Part shown: piece after piece, positions 10,475-22,620 of the stretch
How the letters are laid out: each line of letters starts with the position of its first letter
Position numbering within the stretch: position 1 is the stretch's first letter
Assembly (NCBI GenBank): GCA_036274475.1
Contig: DASUFO010000087.1
Span: forward strand, 72,936-136,935
Direction of reading: 5' to 3'
DNA length: 64,000 bases
Source of the DNA: Candidatus Limnocylindrales bacterium
GTDB lineage: Bacteria; Chloroflexota; Limnocylindria; Limnocylindrales; CSP1-4
Notes under the pieces: model-generated
What the model saw: the letters and a program-made list of their open reading frames with translations, nothing else
Database searches by the model: none
Told to the model about the DNA's origin: nothing
Program-made: the position numbers and the translations under genes

Positions 10475-12286
10475 TCAGCCCTCGTCCATGCGGAGCATCG
10501 CGAGGAACGCCTCCTGCGGGATCTCGACCGACCCGACCCGCTTCATGCGCTGCTTTCCCTCTTTCTGCTTCTCGAGCAGCTTCCGCTTCCGGGTGATGTC
10601 GCCACCGTAGCACTTGGCGAGGACGTTCTTGCGCATCGCTCGGACGGTTTCGCGGGCGATGACGTTACTGCCGATAGCCGCCTGGATGGGGATCTCGAAC
10701 ATCTGCCGGGGGATCAACTGCTTGAGCCGTTCGGTCAGCGCCCGGCCGGCCGACTGGGCCTTGTCGCGGTGGACGATCAGGCTGAGCGCATCGACCGGCT
10801 CGCCGTTGACGAGGATGTCGACCTTCGCAAGGTTCGCCGCCCGGTAGCCCAGCTCCTCGTAGTCCATCGACGCGTAGCCCTGGCTGCGGCTCTTCAGCTG
10901 GTCGAAGTAGTCGACGATCAGCTCTGCGAGCGGCATCTCGAAATGGAGGACGACGCGGTTGGGATCGAGGTACTCCATGTTCTGGAACGTGCCGCGGCGG
11001 TTCGTCGAGAGCTCCATGAGCGGCCCGATGTAGGTCGACGGGGTGACAACGCTGAGCTTGACCCATGGCTCGCGGATCTCCTCGATGTCGCTGGGGCTCG
11101 GCAGCAGCGAGGGGTTGTCGACCGCGACCTCGCCCCGGCCGTGCTGGAGCGTCACCCGGTACTCGACCGACGGCGCGCTCGCGATCAGGTCGAGGTCGAA
11201 CTCGCGCTCGAGGCGCTCCTGGACGATCTCCATGTGGAGCAGACCCAGGAAGCCGCAGCGGAAGCCGAACCCGAGCGCCACCGAGCTCTCGGGCTCGTAC
11301 GTGAAGCTCGCGTCGTTCAGGTGCAGCTTCTCGAGGGCTTCGCGGAGCAGCGGATAGTCCTCGCCGCTGACCGGGTAGATGCCGGCGAACACGAGGCTCT
11401 TGGCCGGCTGGTAACCGGGGAGCGGCTCCTGGGCGGGCCTCGCCGCCGTCGTGACGGTGTCCCCGACCTGCGCTTCGCGGACGTTCTTCAGCCCGGTCGC
11501 GACGTAGCCGACCTCGCCGGCCTGGAGCTGCTTGACCGGCACGAGCTGGGGCCGGAAGACGCCCAGCTCGAGGGGTTCTGCGGTCGCACCCGATCCCATG
11601 AGGCGGATGTCGTCGTGGGCGTGGAGCGTGCCTTCGGCCAGTCGGACGTAGGTCACGACGCCCTTGTACGCGTCGTAATGGCTGTCGAAGATCAGCGCAC
11701 GGAGCGGCTTGCTCGGATCGCCCTTCGGGGCGGGAATCCGCTCGACGATCGCCTCGAGGATGTCGGGGACGCCGGTCCCGTCCTTGGCGCTCGCGAGGAT
11801 GACCTCCTCGCGGGGGATCGCGAGGACGTTCTCGAGCTCCTCGATGATCGTGTCGGGATCGGCCGAGGGCAGGTCGATCTTGTTGAGCACGGGGATCAGC
11901 GTCAGGCCCTCGCGCAGCGCAAGGTGGACGTTGGCGAGCGTCTGGGCCTCGATGCCCTGGGTCGCGTCGACGACGAGGATCGCGCCTTCGCACGCCTGGA
12001 GGCTGTGGCTGACCTCGTAGGCGAAGTCGACGTGGCCGGGCGTGTCGATGAGGTTCAGGCCGTAGCGTTGACCATCCCTGGCCTCGTATTCCAGCCGCAC
12101 GGCGCGAGCCTTGATCGTGATGCCCTTCTCGCGCTCGAGATCCATCGAATCGAGGACCTGGCTCGTCATTTGCCGGGCATCGATCGTGTGGGTCAGCTCG
12201 AGAAGACGGTCGGCGAGCGTGGACTTCCCGTGATCGATGTGGGCGATGATCGAAAAGTTGCGGAGCCGGTCCTGGGAAATGGCCAC
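10475..12286 (-). CDS. lepA: Translation elongation factor 4 (LepA)
   Basis: 603 aa. [41 protein letters not shown]-terminal LepA_C motif [22 protein letters not shown]. Confidence 0.98.
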   Translation of the reverse strand: MAISQDRLRNFSIIAHIDHGKSTLADRLLELTHTIDARQMTSQVLDSMDLEREKGITIKARAVRLEYEARDGQRYGLNLIDTPGHVDFAYEVSHSLQACEGAILVVDATQGIEAQTLANVHLALREGLTLIPVLNKIDLPSADPDTIIEELENVLAIPREEVILASAKDGTGVPDILEAIVERIPAPKGDPSKPLRALIFDSHYDAYKGVVTYVRLAEGTLHAHDDIRLMGSGATAEPLELGVFRPQLVPVKQLQAGEVGYVATGLKNVREAQVGDTVTTAARPAQEPLPGYQPAKSLVFAGIYPVSGEDYPLLREALEKLHLNDASFTYEPESSVALGFGFRCGFLGLLHMEIVQERLEREFDLDLIASAPSVEYRVTLQHGRGEVAVDNPSLLPSPSDIEEIREPWVKLSVVTPSTYIGPLMELSTNRRGTFQNMEYLDPNRVVLHFEMPLAELIVDYFDQLKSRSQGYASMDYEELGYRAANLAKVDILVNGEPVDALSLIVHRDKAQSAGRALTERLKQLIPRQMFEIPIQAAIGSNVIARETVRAMRKNVLAKCYGGDITRKRKLLEKQKEGKQRMKRVGSVEIPQEAFLAMLRMDEG

Positions 12287-12339
12287 GGTGCCGGAGTCTA
12301 TCCGAGCCGGACCGCCAGACGAGTACGCTCCGGGCGCTC

Positions 12340-13053
12340 ATGCCGGCCGATCGACACGCTCCACGGCGCCTGCCTCGGTCTCATCGGCGCGTCTTCGTCC
12401 AGCGGCACACGCGTTTGCAGGACGTCGCCGGGGTGCCCGGGCTCAGGCTGCATCTCGCCGATGCGCTCGAGCCGCTGTGGCATGCGGTCGAGGAGGCCCT
12501 CGGCGTCGACGGCCCACCGATCCCGTTCTGGGCGTTCGCGTGGGCCGGTGGACTGGGTCTCGCACGGTGGCTGCAGACCAATCCGGATGTCGTCGCGGAA
12601 CGAACGGTTCTCGATCTCGGCACGGGCAGCGGCCTCGTCGCGATCGTTGCGGCCCAGGCGGGAGCGCAGCGCGTCGTCGCCGTCGACGTCGATCCGTTCG
12701 CGGAGGCCGCGGTCGACCTGAACTCGCGGGCTAACCGCGTTCACGTCACCTTCATCCTCGAGGATCTCCTCGGCGAGCCGCCGCCCGCGGTCGACGTCCT
12801 GCTCGCGGCCGACACCTGGTACGAGAGCCCGCTCGCCGATCGCGTCCTCCCGTGGTTGCTTCAGGCCGCGGATAGCGGCACGCGCGTGATCGTGGGCGAC
12901 CCCGGGCGAAAATACCTGCCGAAAGCCGGCGACGTCGGATTCGTCCAGCTCGCGGCGTATCCGGTCTCGACGACGACCACCCTCGAGGACCGCCCGGTCG
13001 TTGAGAGCCGGATCTTCGAGGTGCAGCCGCGCAGGCGTACGATCGGCGCCTGA
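12340..13053 (+). CDS. Class I SAM-dependent methyltransferase (small N-methyltransferase family)
   Basis: FWAFAWAGGLGLARWL followed by VLDLGTGSGLVAIVAAQAGAQRVVAVDVDP (motif I). The exact start is uncertain. Confidence 0.7.
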   Translation: MPADRHAPRRLPRSHRRVFVQRHTRLQDVAGVPGLRLHLADALEPLWHAVEEALGVDGPPIPFWAFAWAGGLGLARWLQTNPDVVAERTVLDLGTGSGLVAIVAAQAGAQRVVAVDVDPFAEAAVDLNSRANRVHVTFILEDLLGEPPPAVDVLLAADTWYESPLADRVLPWLLQAADSGTRVIVGDPGRKYLPKAGDVGFVQLAAYPVSTTTTLEDRPVVESRIFEVQPRRRTIGA

Positions 13054-13505
13054 TGGAACCTCGCCCGACGCTGCCCGACTGGCACGGTGCGCCGCCGGAC
13101 TCGTTCACCCCAGATCGGGCGATGGTCCAGCGCTGGCTCGACGCCTACGTTGCCGCGTGGCGGTCGTACGACGAGGCGGCAATCGCGGATCTGTGGACTG
13201 AGGACGCGGTCTGGATCCACCCGTTCCGGATCCGGGCAACGGGCCGTGCCGCGATCACCGCGGAGTGGCTCGCCGAGAAGCACCTCGACGAAGGCCACGG
13301 CTACACCGGCGTCTACGAGCCGATGGCGATCGACGGCCCGTTCGCCGTGACCCACGGCCGGACGCTCTTCTACGACCTCGAGACTGGTGCGATGCAGGCG
13401 GAGTTCGACAACGTCTGGGTGCTCAGATTCGCGCCGGACGGTCGCTGCGCCGAGTTCCACGAGTGGTACGCGGGCCGCCCCGAGCACGACCCGAGCCGGG
13501 CGTGA
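13053..13505 (+). CDS. NTF2/SnoaL-like fold protein
   Basis: 150 aa. VQRWLDAYVAAWRSYDEAAIADLWTEDAVW...FDNVWVLRF is a pattern typical of SnoaL-like proteins. ATG overlaps the upstream stop (TGATG). Confidence 0.5.
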   Translation: MEPRPTLPDWHGAPPDSFTPDRAMVQRWLDAYVAAWRSYDEAAIADLWTEDAVWIHPFRIRATGRAAITAEWLAEKHLDEGHGYTGVYEPMAIDGPFAVTHGRTLFYDLETGAMQAEFDNVWVLRFAPDGRCAEFHEWYAGRPEHDPSRA

Positions 13506-13511
13506 CCGCCG

Positions 13512-14375
13512 TCAGAGCGCCTGAACGGCAGCCAGCAACCCCACCCCGAGCGCGATGATGACCACGCCGACCACCTGGATGCGGCTCAGCCGCTCGCCAT
13601 AGAGGAAATACGCGGCGATCGCAGCGATCCCTGCGAACTGCGAGGCGAGAACCGCGGCAATTGCCGCGCTGTCGCGGGAGCCCCACGCGTACGTCGCCGC
13701 GCCGATGACTTCGGCGATCCCGACGAGGACAACGAACGGCACCGCCGCCCGCGTGATACGCAACCGCCGGAACACGAGCAGCGGGATCGTCACGCCGATC
13801 ACGCCTGCGACGCGAGCCGGCAGAACGGCCCACGCCAGCGGCAGGTCGGCGGCGATCCGACTCGTGGCGTAGAGGTTGATGCCGAACAGCACGGCCCCGC
13901 CGAGCGCAAGCAGCGCAGTCCCGACCGGGCTGACGGTGTGCTCGTCGTCGTCCGGCTCAGCCGCACGGCGATCGATCGCGGCGAGCACGACGCCGACCGC
14001 GATGAGCGCAAGGACCCCGAGCGCGGGACCCGAGATCGGGTCGCCGGCGAGGATCGCAAGGCTCGCCCCGATCGCCCCCTCCGTCGAGACGATCGGCCCG
14101 ACGACGCCGACCTTCCCCCGCCGAAGGGCCGTGTAGACGAGCAGGAGGCCGCCGGAGTTCGCGATGCCGGCCGCCGTCAGGTAGGCAATCTCCGTCTGAG
14201 TGAGCTCGACCGGCGGGCTCGTGAAGACGATCAGCGGAACCGTCACGACGAGCCCGACGAGCATCACCCAGCCGAGGGTCGACCACGACCCGATCAGCCG
14301 CGCGCTCCGGGCGGAGCCGAGCAGCGTCGTAGCCCACAGGACGGCGGTGGCAAGCCCGCCCAGGATGGCAATCAC
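13512..14375 (-). CDS. EamA/DMT family transporter
   Basis: 287 aa, about 10 hydrophobic helices, two EamA-like halves. Confidence 0.75.
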   Translation of the reverse strand: MIAILGGLATAVLWATTLLGSARSARLIGSWSTLGWVMLVGLVVTVPLIVFTSPPVELTQTEIAYLTAAGIANSGGLLLVYTALRRGKVGVVGPIVSTEGAIGASLAILAGDPISGPALGVLALIAVGVVLAAIDRRAAEPDDDEHTVSPVGTALLALGGAVLFGINLYATSRIAADLPLAWAVLPARVAGVIGVTIPLLVFRRLRITRAAVPFVVLVGIAEVIGAATYAWGSRDSAAIAAVLASQFAGIAAIAAYFLYGERLSRIQVVGVVIIALGVGLLAAVQAL

Positions 14376-14695
14376 GGAGCGTGAAGTCTCGCCGATCCGC
14401 CGGCGATGGCGCTCATGGTTCTCGCGGAGCGAGCGAGTGCGACGCGGATAGCACCACGGGGCGGGTGCGCGGCCGACTCAACGCAGGAAACAGGCTCGTC
14501 CTGCTCGCCCGGCGAGCGAGTACGACGACCTCCTCGTGAATCAGGTCGCGTTCGCTCGCCGGGCGAGAATTGCGCGACCGCAGGCCCCGCGACCGTTGGC
14601 CGGGGCCGGGTCGCTCTGGTACCATGCGCGTCCGTGTTCGGCACCCGTTCCGTGCCGCGCCCAGACGATCATCCCTTTCCTGAGAGGTTCACCCC

Positions 14696-15313
14696 TTGGC
14701 CAAGACGCCCCGCACCTGGACGGGCGCACGGACGCCGTCCGGACTCAAGCGCGTCCGACAGGCCGACCGTCGCCGTGACATCCTCCAGCCGCGCCGCAGC
14801 GCAGCGAAGACCTATGTCGCGAAGGCGCTCGACGTCGCGACCCATAACGGCAACGACGCCGATGCCGCCGCGACGGCGCTCGCCGAGGCCCACGCCGCGC
14901 TCGATCGGGCCGCGAAGGCCGGCGCGATCCACCCGAACGCCGCCGCCCGCCGCAAGTCGCGCCTGACGCTGAAGTTCAACGCCGCGACCGGAGGCGCCCA
15001 CGTCCAGACGTCCGGCCGCGTGACGAAGCAGACGAGCAAGGCCCAGGCCGCCAAGGCCGCGAAGTCGCGCATCGCCGCGGGCAAGGCCGACAAGGCGAAG
15101 GGCGCCCAGACCGCCGCCGGCAAGGCCCGTGCCGCGCTGTCGAAGACCGCCCGAGCGGACGCGGCCGCCGCGAAGGCGACGACGGCCGAAGCGCCTGCCC
15201 CGAAGACGGCGGCGAAGTCGAAGGCGGCACCGAAGACGACGGCCAAGACCGCCGCACCCAAGGCGACCGCCACGGCGAAGAAGACTCCGGCGAAGAAGAC
15301 CGCGAAGAGCTAG
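14696..15313 (+). CDS. rpsT: 30S ribosomal protein S20 with a roughly 100-aa Ala/Lys-rich C-terminal extension
   Basis: The N-terminal ~100 aa match S20: LKRVRQADRRR..RRSAAKTYVAKA...ALDRAAKAGAIHPNAAARRKSRL. The tail is AKAAKSRIAAGKADKAKG...KTAAKSKAAPKTTAKTAAPKATATAKKTPAKKTAKS. TTG start preceded by gagagg. Confidence 0.85.
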   Translation: MAKTPRTWTGARTPSGLKRVRQADRRRDILQPRRSAAKTYVAKALDVATHNGNDADAAATALAEAHAALDRAAKAGAIHPNAAARRKSRLTLKFNAATGGAHVQTSGRVTKQTSKAQAAKAAKSRIAAGKADKAKGAQTAAGKARAALSKTARADAAAAKATTAEAPAPKTAAKSKAAPKTTAKTAAPKATATAKKTPAKKTAKS

Positions 15314-15334
15314 CGGTTCTGTCGATGCAATAGG

Positions 15335-15369
15335 CCCCGGCCCTTCGACGAGGGTCGGGGTTTCGTTTG
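15335..15369 (+). terminator. Intrinsic terminator after rpsT
   Basis: ccccggccc-ttcgacga-gggtcgggg (9-bp stem with one G-U pair) followed by tttcgtttg. Confidence 0.75.
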
Positions 15370-15390
15370 CGCAGACTCCGGGATCTTTCG

Positions 15391-15855
15391 ATGACTCAAC
15401 GGCCGCGGCAGCAACCCCAGAGCCCCACTCGTTGGCAGCGAATCCGCACCTGGTTCGGGCGGCTGGTCAATGTGCTGGGCATCGCCTTGCTGGTGCTCGT
15501 CGCGGTGGCCCTGATCGGGGCGACGGTTGAGCACTTTGCGCAATCGGGGAGCGCTCCGGTCACCATCGTCGGAATGAAGCCGGCGACCTGGACGCACGCC
15601 GGGGGTCCCAGGGGAGGGGAGGTCACGGAGTCTGGTCAGGCCATCACGTACGAGTTCACCGTCGATGGACAGACCTTCCTCGACACGGAGAACCGGACGT
15701 GGCTGGATGTGCGGGCTGCCCGCCCGAAGGTCTGCTACGACCCCGCGAACCCTCAGAAGTCGCACTTCCTCGCGCAGGAGGCCTACACCTGCGGCGGCTG
15801 GAATCCACTCCAGGACTACGGCCAGTTCGGCTGGAGCAGCGACGGCAGCAAGTGA
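15391..15855 (+). CDS. Membrane-anchored hypothetical protein (DUF3592-like)
   Basis: Trimmed to the ATG at 15391 because the track's TTG at 15367 sits inside the terminator tail. One TM (VLGIALLVLVAVALIGA) then a beta-rich domain (ITYEFTVDGQTF...VCYDPANP). Confidence 0.5.
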   Translation: MTQRPRQQPQSPTRWQRIRTWFGRLVNVLGIALLVLVAVALIGATVEHFAQSGSAPVTIVGMKPATWTHAGGPRGGEVTESGQAITYEFTVDGQTFLDTENRTWLDVRAARPKVCYDPANPQKSHFLAQEAYTCGGWNPLQDYGQFGWSSDGSK

Positions 15856-15872
15856 CGGTCGGGGCCGGCGAC

Positions 15873-16463
15873 TCAGGCCCGGACGCCGTCGACCGAGGTT
15901 GTCGCTGCCTTCGGTTTCGGCCGGGTGAAGCCGTACGCGAGTCCTCCAACCAGGGCCCCGGCGGTCGTCAGGACGATCAGCGACGAGGCCGTCGACGCCT
16001 GCTGGCCCCAGTAGAACGCGGTGAACGACGCGGTGTCCGTGACGCCGAGCGCGGCCAGCTCGTCACCGTGGTCGGCGGCGAGATAGCGGGCGTACACGCA
16101 GCCGGCGCCGTTTTCGCACGTCGGCGGGATGGTCTGGCCGGTCTTCTGGTCGATCCGGTTGAAGTCCGGATAGCCGTTGTCGGCGAAGAAGAACAGCGCC
16201 TTCACGCCGAGCAGCAGCAGCGCGAGCGTTACCGCGGTGACGGCGCCTGCGAACAGCGCGTTCGCGACGATCCGCGACCAGGGCCCGGCCCGGCGGTCGC
16301 TCTTCTGGTTCGCGTAATAGCCGATCAGCAGGCCGGCCGGAATGGCGAGGAACAGGTACACGGGCTCGATCGGGATGACGAGCAGGAAGCTGACCGCGAT
16401 CGTCGCGGCCATGCCGATGCCGACATACGCGGCGGTGATCGCGCCGCGGTCGATGACGCGGGT
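15873..16463 (-). CDS. Integral membrane protein, unknown function
   Basis: Track ORF trimmed to the GTG at 16463, just after the eno stop (TGAtcccGTG). It has 4-5 hydrophobic helices and an extracytoplasmic Cys pair (PPTCENGAGC). Confidence 0.5.
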   Translation of the reverse strand, partial: TRVIDRGAITAAYVGIGMAATIAVSFLLVIPIEPVYLFLAIPAGLLIGYYANQKSDRRAGPWSRIVANALFAGAVTAVTLALLLLGVKALFFFADNGYPDFNRIDQKTGQTIPPTCENGAGCVYARYLAADHGDELAALGVTDTASFTAFYWGQQASTASSLIVLTTAGALVGGLAYGFTRPKPKAATTSVDGVRA

Positions 16464-16470
16464 CACGGGA

Positions 16471-19088
<2,618 letters not shown>

Positions 19089-19132
19089 GTCGTTGGTCGT
19101 GGTCGGTCGATCGTTCGTCGGTCAGTCGCGGC

Positions 19133-20164
19133 TCACGCGTTTGCCGGCGTGGCCGACGGCAGCCGTGCGGCGACGAACCCGACGAGGTCGGCGACGCGGC
19201 AGCTGTAGCCCCACTCGTTGTCGTACCAGCTGATGACCTTCACCATCGTCCCGTCGAGGACCATCGTCGACGCCGAGTCGATGATCGAGCTGCGACTGTC
19301 GCCCCGGAAGTCGCTCGAGACGAGCGGGTCGTCGCTGACGCCGAGGATGCCCTTCATCGGGCCTTCGGCCGCCGCTCGGAACGCGTCGTTGATCTCCTCG
19401 ACGCTCGTCGGACGAGACACGTCCGCGGTGAAGTCGACGACGCTCACGGTCGGCGTCGGGACACGCAGGCTGAAGCCGTCGAACTTGCCCTTCAGGTCGG
19501 GGATCACGAGCGCCAGGGCCTTCGCGGCGCCGGTCGTCGTGGGGATGATGTTCTGGCCGGCGGCGCGCGCACGGCGCGGGTCCTTGTGGGCGACGTCGAG
19601 GATCCGCTGGTCGTTCGTGTAGCTGTGGATCGTGTTCATCAGCCCGCGCTCGATCGTGAGCAGGTCGTGGACGACCTTCGCGGCAGGGGCCAGGCAGTTC
19701 GTCGTGCAGCTGGCGTTGCTGATGATCGTGTGGGCGTCGGGGTCGTACTTCTCCTCGTTCACGCCGAGGACGACGGTGATGTCCTCGCCCTTCGCGGGGG
19801 CGCTGATGATGACCTTCCTCGCGCCCGCCGTGATGTGCGCCCGAGCCTTCTCGGCGTCGGTGAAGATGCCGGTCGACTCGAGCACGATGTCGACGCCCAG
19901 GTCGCCCCACGGCAGCGCCGCCGGATCCTTCTCCTTCAGCACCTTGATCTCGCGGCCGTCGATGATCAGGGCGTCGTCGGTGTGGTCGACGGTGCCGGGG
20001 TACGCGCCGTACGTCGAGTCGTGCTTGAACAGGAGGGCGTTGAGCGACGTGTCGACGAGGTCGTTGACCGCCACGACCTCGACGTCCGGCGTCCGCTCGA
20101 TGAGCGCCTTGAGTGACTGGCGGCCGATCCGCCCGAAGCCGTTGATGCCGACGCGCACTGCCAT
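19133..20164 (-). CDS. gap: Type I glyceraldehyde-3-phosphate dehydrogenase
   Basis: Trimmed to the ATG at 20164 ([16 protein letters not shown]). Active site [21 protein letters not shown] near the C-terminus. Confidence 0.98.
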   Translation of the reverse strand: MAVRVGINGFGRIGRQSLKALIERTPDVEVVAVNDLVDTSLNALLFKHDSTYGAYPGTVDHTDDALIIDGREIKVLKEKDPAALPWGDLGVDIVLESTGIFTDAEKARAHITAGARKVIISAPAKGEDITVVLGVNEEKYDPDAHTIISNASCTTNCLAPAAKVVHDLLTIERGLMNTIHSYTNDQRILDVAHKDPRRARAAGQNIIPTTTGAAKALALVIPDLKGKFDGFSLRVPTPTVSVVDFTADVSRPTSVEEINDAFRAAAEGPMKGILGVSDDPLVSSDFRGDSRSSIIDSASTMVLDGTMVKVISWYDNEWGYSCRVADLVGFVAARLPSATPANA

Positions 20165-20355
20165 CTGCCTGCTCCTCCGTGGTCGCGGGGCGCCGCCGAC
20201 GGGGCCCCGCCATTGCGTACGGAATGGACGTCGGCGCACGACGGATCGGTCGGCGCCCGCGTCGGGTCCTATGGTTGCATCCGCCGCCTCGCGCGTCGAG
20301 GGCCGAACGGCACGGCCGCGTTGCGGCCAAGTGGCGCGAAGCCGATGATCCGACC

Positions 20356-21354
20356 GTGACCGATCGAACCGACACACCCGCGGCCGCATTGGCGCTCGAC
20401 CTCGGGGCCAGCCGGATCCGGGCCGCCGTCGTCGGCGGGGATGGCCGCGTTGCCGCCCGAGCGGAGGCCCGCGCACCGGTCGAGGCTGGGCCACAGGGCG
20501 TCGTGTCGGCCGCGATCGCGATGTTGCGACGGGTGCGTGACGAAGCGTCCGGGTCCGTGCGCGACGCCGTTGCCGGCGTTGGAATCGCGGCTCCCGGCCC
20601 GCTGGACCCAGCTGGCGGGACGCTGATCGAGCCGCCGAACATGCCGCGGTCGTTCCGCGGGGCCGCGCTCGCCGGTCCGATCGGCGCGGCGCTGTCGCTC
20701 CCGGCCGCCCTCGAGCGGGACACGCATGTTGCGGCGCTCGCGGAGTGGGAGTTCGGGGCGGCGCGCGGGCTGAGCGACTTCCTGTACGTGACGGTGTCGA
20801 CGGGAATCGGCGGGGCGATCGTCGCCGGTGGCCGGCTCGTCAGCGGGCCCGACGGCGTCGCTGGTGAGCTCGGGCACGTGCTCGTCGAGCTCGATGGGCC
20901 GCCATGCGGCTGCGGCGCGCGCGGCCATCTCGAGGGAATCGCGTCGGGCAGCGCGATCGCGCGCGCGGCGTCGGAGGCGATCGCCGCCGGGCACGCCAGC
21001 GGGCTGGCGTCGCTCGTGGCTTCGCTGGGACGCGGCCTCGACGCCCGCGACGTGGCGATCGCCGAAGACGATGGCGACCTGACCGCCGCGGAGATCATGG
21101 AGCGGGCCAGGCGCGCGTTTGCGGAGGCGTGCGTGGCGCTTGTCGACGTGTTCAATCCCGAGCGAATCGTCGTCGGCGGAAGCGTCGCCCGAAACCAGGG
21201 CGATCGGTGGCTTGCTCCGGCGCGGGCACGCGTCGCGGCGGTGGCGTTCTCGGTGCCACGGGCCCGCGTCGAGATCGTGCCGGCCGCGCTCGGCGACGAT
21301 GTCGGGCTGGTGGGCGCGGTGCCGCTGCTGCGGCGTCGCCTCGGGCCCGGCTGA
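20356..21354 (+). CDS. ROK family sugar kinase (glucokinase-like)
   Basis: [35 protein letters not shown]...[16 protein letters not shown] (ROK zinc motif). Start uncertain: GTG at 20356 or the upstream ATG at 20224. Confidence 0.8.
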   Translation: MTDRTDTPAAALALDLGASRIRAAVVGGDGRVAARAEARAPVEAGPQGVVSAAIAMLRRVRDEASGSVRDAVAGVGIAAPGPLDPAGGTLIEPPNMPRSFRGAALAGPIGAALSLPAALERDTHVAALAEWEFGAARGLSDFLYVTVSTGIGGAIVAGGRLVSGPDGVAGELGHVLVELDGPPCGCGARGHLEGIASGSAIARAASEAIAAGHASGLASLVASLGRGLDARDVAIAEDDGDLTAAEIMERARRAFAEACVALVDVFNPERIVVGGSVARNQGDRWLAPARARVAAVAFSVPRARVEIVPAALGDDVGLVGAVPLLRRRLGPG

Positions 21355-21387
21355 CCGGCAATAACGATCGAAACCGGGCACAAAGAC

Positions 21388-21411
21388 GGGCCCCGCCGCT
21401 CGGCGGGGCCC
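21388..21411. terminator. GC-rich hairpin between convergent genes (possible bidirectional terminator)
   Basis: gggccccgcc-gctc-ggcggggccc, a perfect 10-bp stem. Confidence 0.6.
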
Positions 21412-21434
21412 GTGGCTATCGCGTGTGTCCGGAC

Positions 21435-21575
21435 TCAGCCGCCGATCTTGAAGACCTTGCCACCACAGATCGGACAGGTCCCCTGAAGCGCGGGCTTGCC
21501 GTTCTTCATGGTGATCCGCTGGGCGTTCTGGACCTCGACCTTCTGCTTGTCCTTGACGCAATACGCTTCGGCCAT
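21435..21575 (-). CDS. Small zinc-ribbon protein (DUF5679-like)
   Basis: 46 aa: MAEAYCVKDKQKVEVQNAQRITMKNGKPALQGTCPICGGKVFKIGG. SD ggaggag upstream. The track ORF 21435..21815 is over-extended. Confidence 0.7.
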   Translation of the reverse strand: MAEAYCVKDKQKVEVQNAQRITMKNGKPALQGTCPICGGKVFKIGG

Positions 21576-21636
21576 GGAGCGGGCTCCTCCTCGAGTTAGC
21601 GTGGCGTCACGGGAACCCTCGTCCCGTGTCCGCAGA

Positions 21637-22515
21637 TCACGTGCTTGACCAGAGCGACGGGCGCCAGCGGTCCGTCCCTGCCGATTGCTTCTGACGATCA
21701 ATGCCGGCGAGGATGACGAGACTGTCGAGCCCGGTCTCGACGCACGCCGCCTCCGCTGCGTCCTTTGCCGCCCCTTCAACGAAGTCGCCGGTCGTTCGCT
21801 GTGCGTAGACCGCACAGACCACGCCGGCGCGACATTGAGCGAGCGACGCGAGGATCAGCAGCGCGGACGCCTCCATCTCGAAGTTCATGACGCGCTGGCG
21901 CGCCATGTCCTCTGCCAGGTCAGGGTATCGGATCGGCAGCTGCGGGATCGGGCGCCCCTGCGCCCCGAAAAATCCCGGTGCTGTCGCCGTCAACCCGACG
22001 TGGGTCCGGTGTCCGAGCCGCTCCGCGGCCTCGATGAGCGCGATGATCGCCTCGTAGTGGGCGACCGCCGGGTACCCATCGTGGACGAAGTAGCTCGTGG
22101 TCGACTCGAGCCGGACTGCGCCGGTCGAGACGATCAGGTCCCCGAGGCCCACCTCCGGTTGGAGGGCGCCGCAGGAACCGACCCGGATGAAGGTCGGCCG
22201 TTCCGTGACCGCCAGGATCTCTGCCACCACGATCTCGACGTTGTCCGTGCCGATTCCGGTCGACACGACGGAAACCCGTTCGCCGCGATACATCCCGGTG
22301 GCCGACGCGAACTCCCGATGTCGCTGTTCGAACTCGACGGAGTCGAGGCGCGCGGCGATCCGGGCGGTGCGGTCGGGGTCACCGGGGAGGAGGATGTACT
22401 CGGCCAGTTCTCCCGGTCCGAGTCCGATGTGGTATTGCCGTTCCCCCAGGGGGAGTGCGACGCGGTGATCCGCGTTCGGCAAGACCTGTCCCTCGCTCAG
22501 GTGGCTGCTTCGCAA
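21637..22515 (-). CDS. Nucleoside phosphorylase (PNP/UDP family 1, uridine phosphorylase-like)
   Basis: YILLPGDPDRTARIA, VSVVSTGIGTDNVEIVV, RVGSCGALQ, FEMEASALL. Confidence 0.8.
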   Translation of the reverse strand: MRSSHLSEGQVLPNADHRVALPLGERQYHIGLGPGELAEYILLPGDPDRTARIAARLDSVEFEQRHREFASATGMYRGERVSVVSTGIGTDNVEIVVAEILAVTERPTFIRVGSCGALQPEVGLGDLIVSTGAVRLESTTSYFVHDGYPAVAHYEAIIALIEAAERLGHRTHVGLTATAPGFFGAQGRPIPQLPIRYPDLAEDMARQRVMNFEMEASALLILASLAQCRAGVVCAVYAQRTTGDFVEGAAKDAAEAACVETGLDSLVILAGIDRQKQSAGTDRWRPSLWSST

Positions 22516-22620
22516 GCGCGAAACTCGGCCGAGAATAGTCCCGCGTTCGAACGAGCGTCAAGCACGGACGAGCGTGGGTTGCGGGTCGCGGCCCACGCTC
22601 GGGCCACGCACGAGCCACGC

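Noticed and set aside
9500-12721. 1073-aa plus-strand ORF covering the CPBP gene and lepA
   Set aside because: It is antisense to two well-supported genes, has an Arg/Asp/Glu/Leu-dominated composition without motifs, and is an artefact of stop-codon scarcity.
19122-21383. 753-aa minus-strand ORF spanning gap and the ROK kinase region
   Set aside because: It is off-frame relative to gap and antisense to the ROK gene, and is a Ser/Arg/Pro/Ala-rich string. It is not coding.
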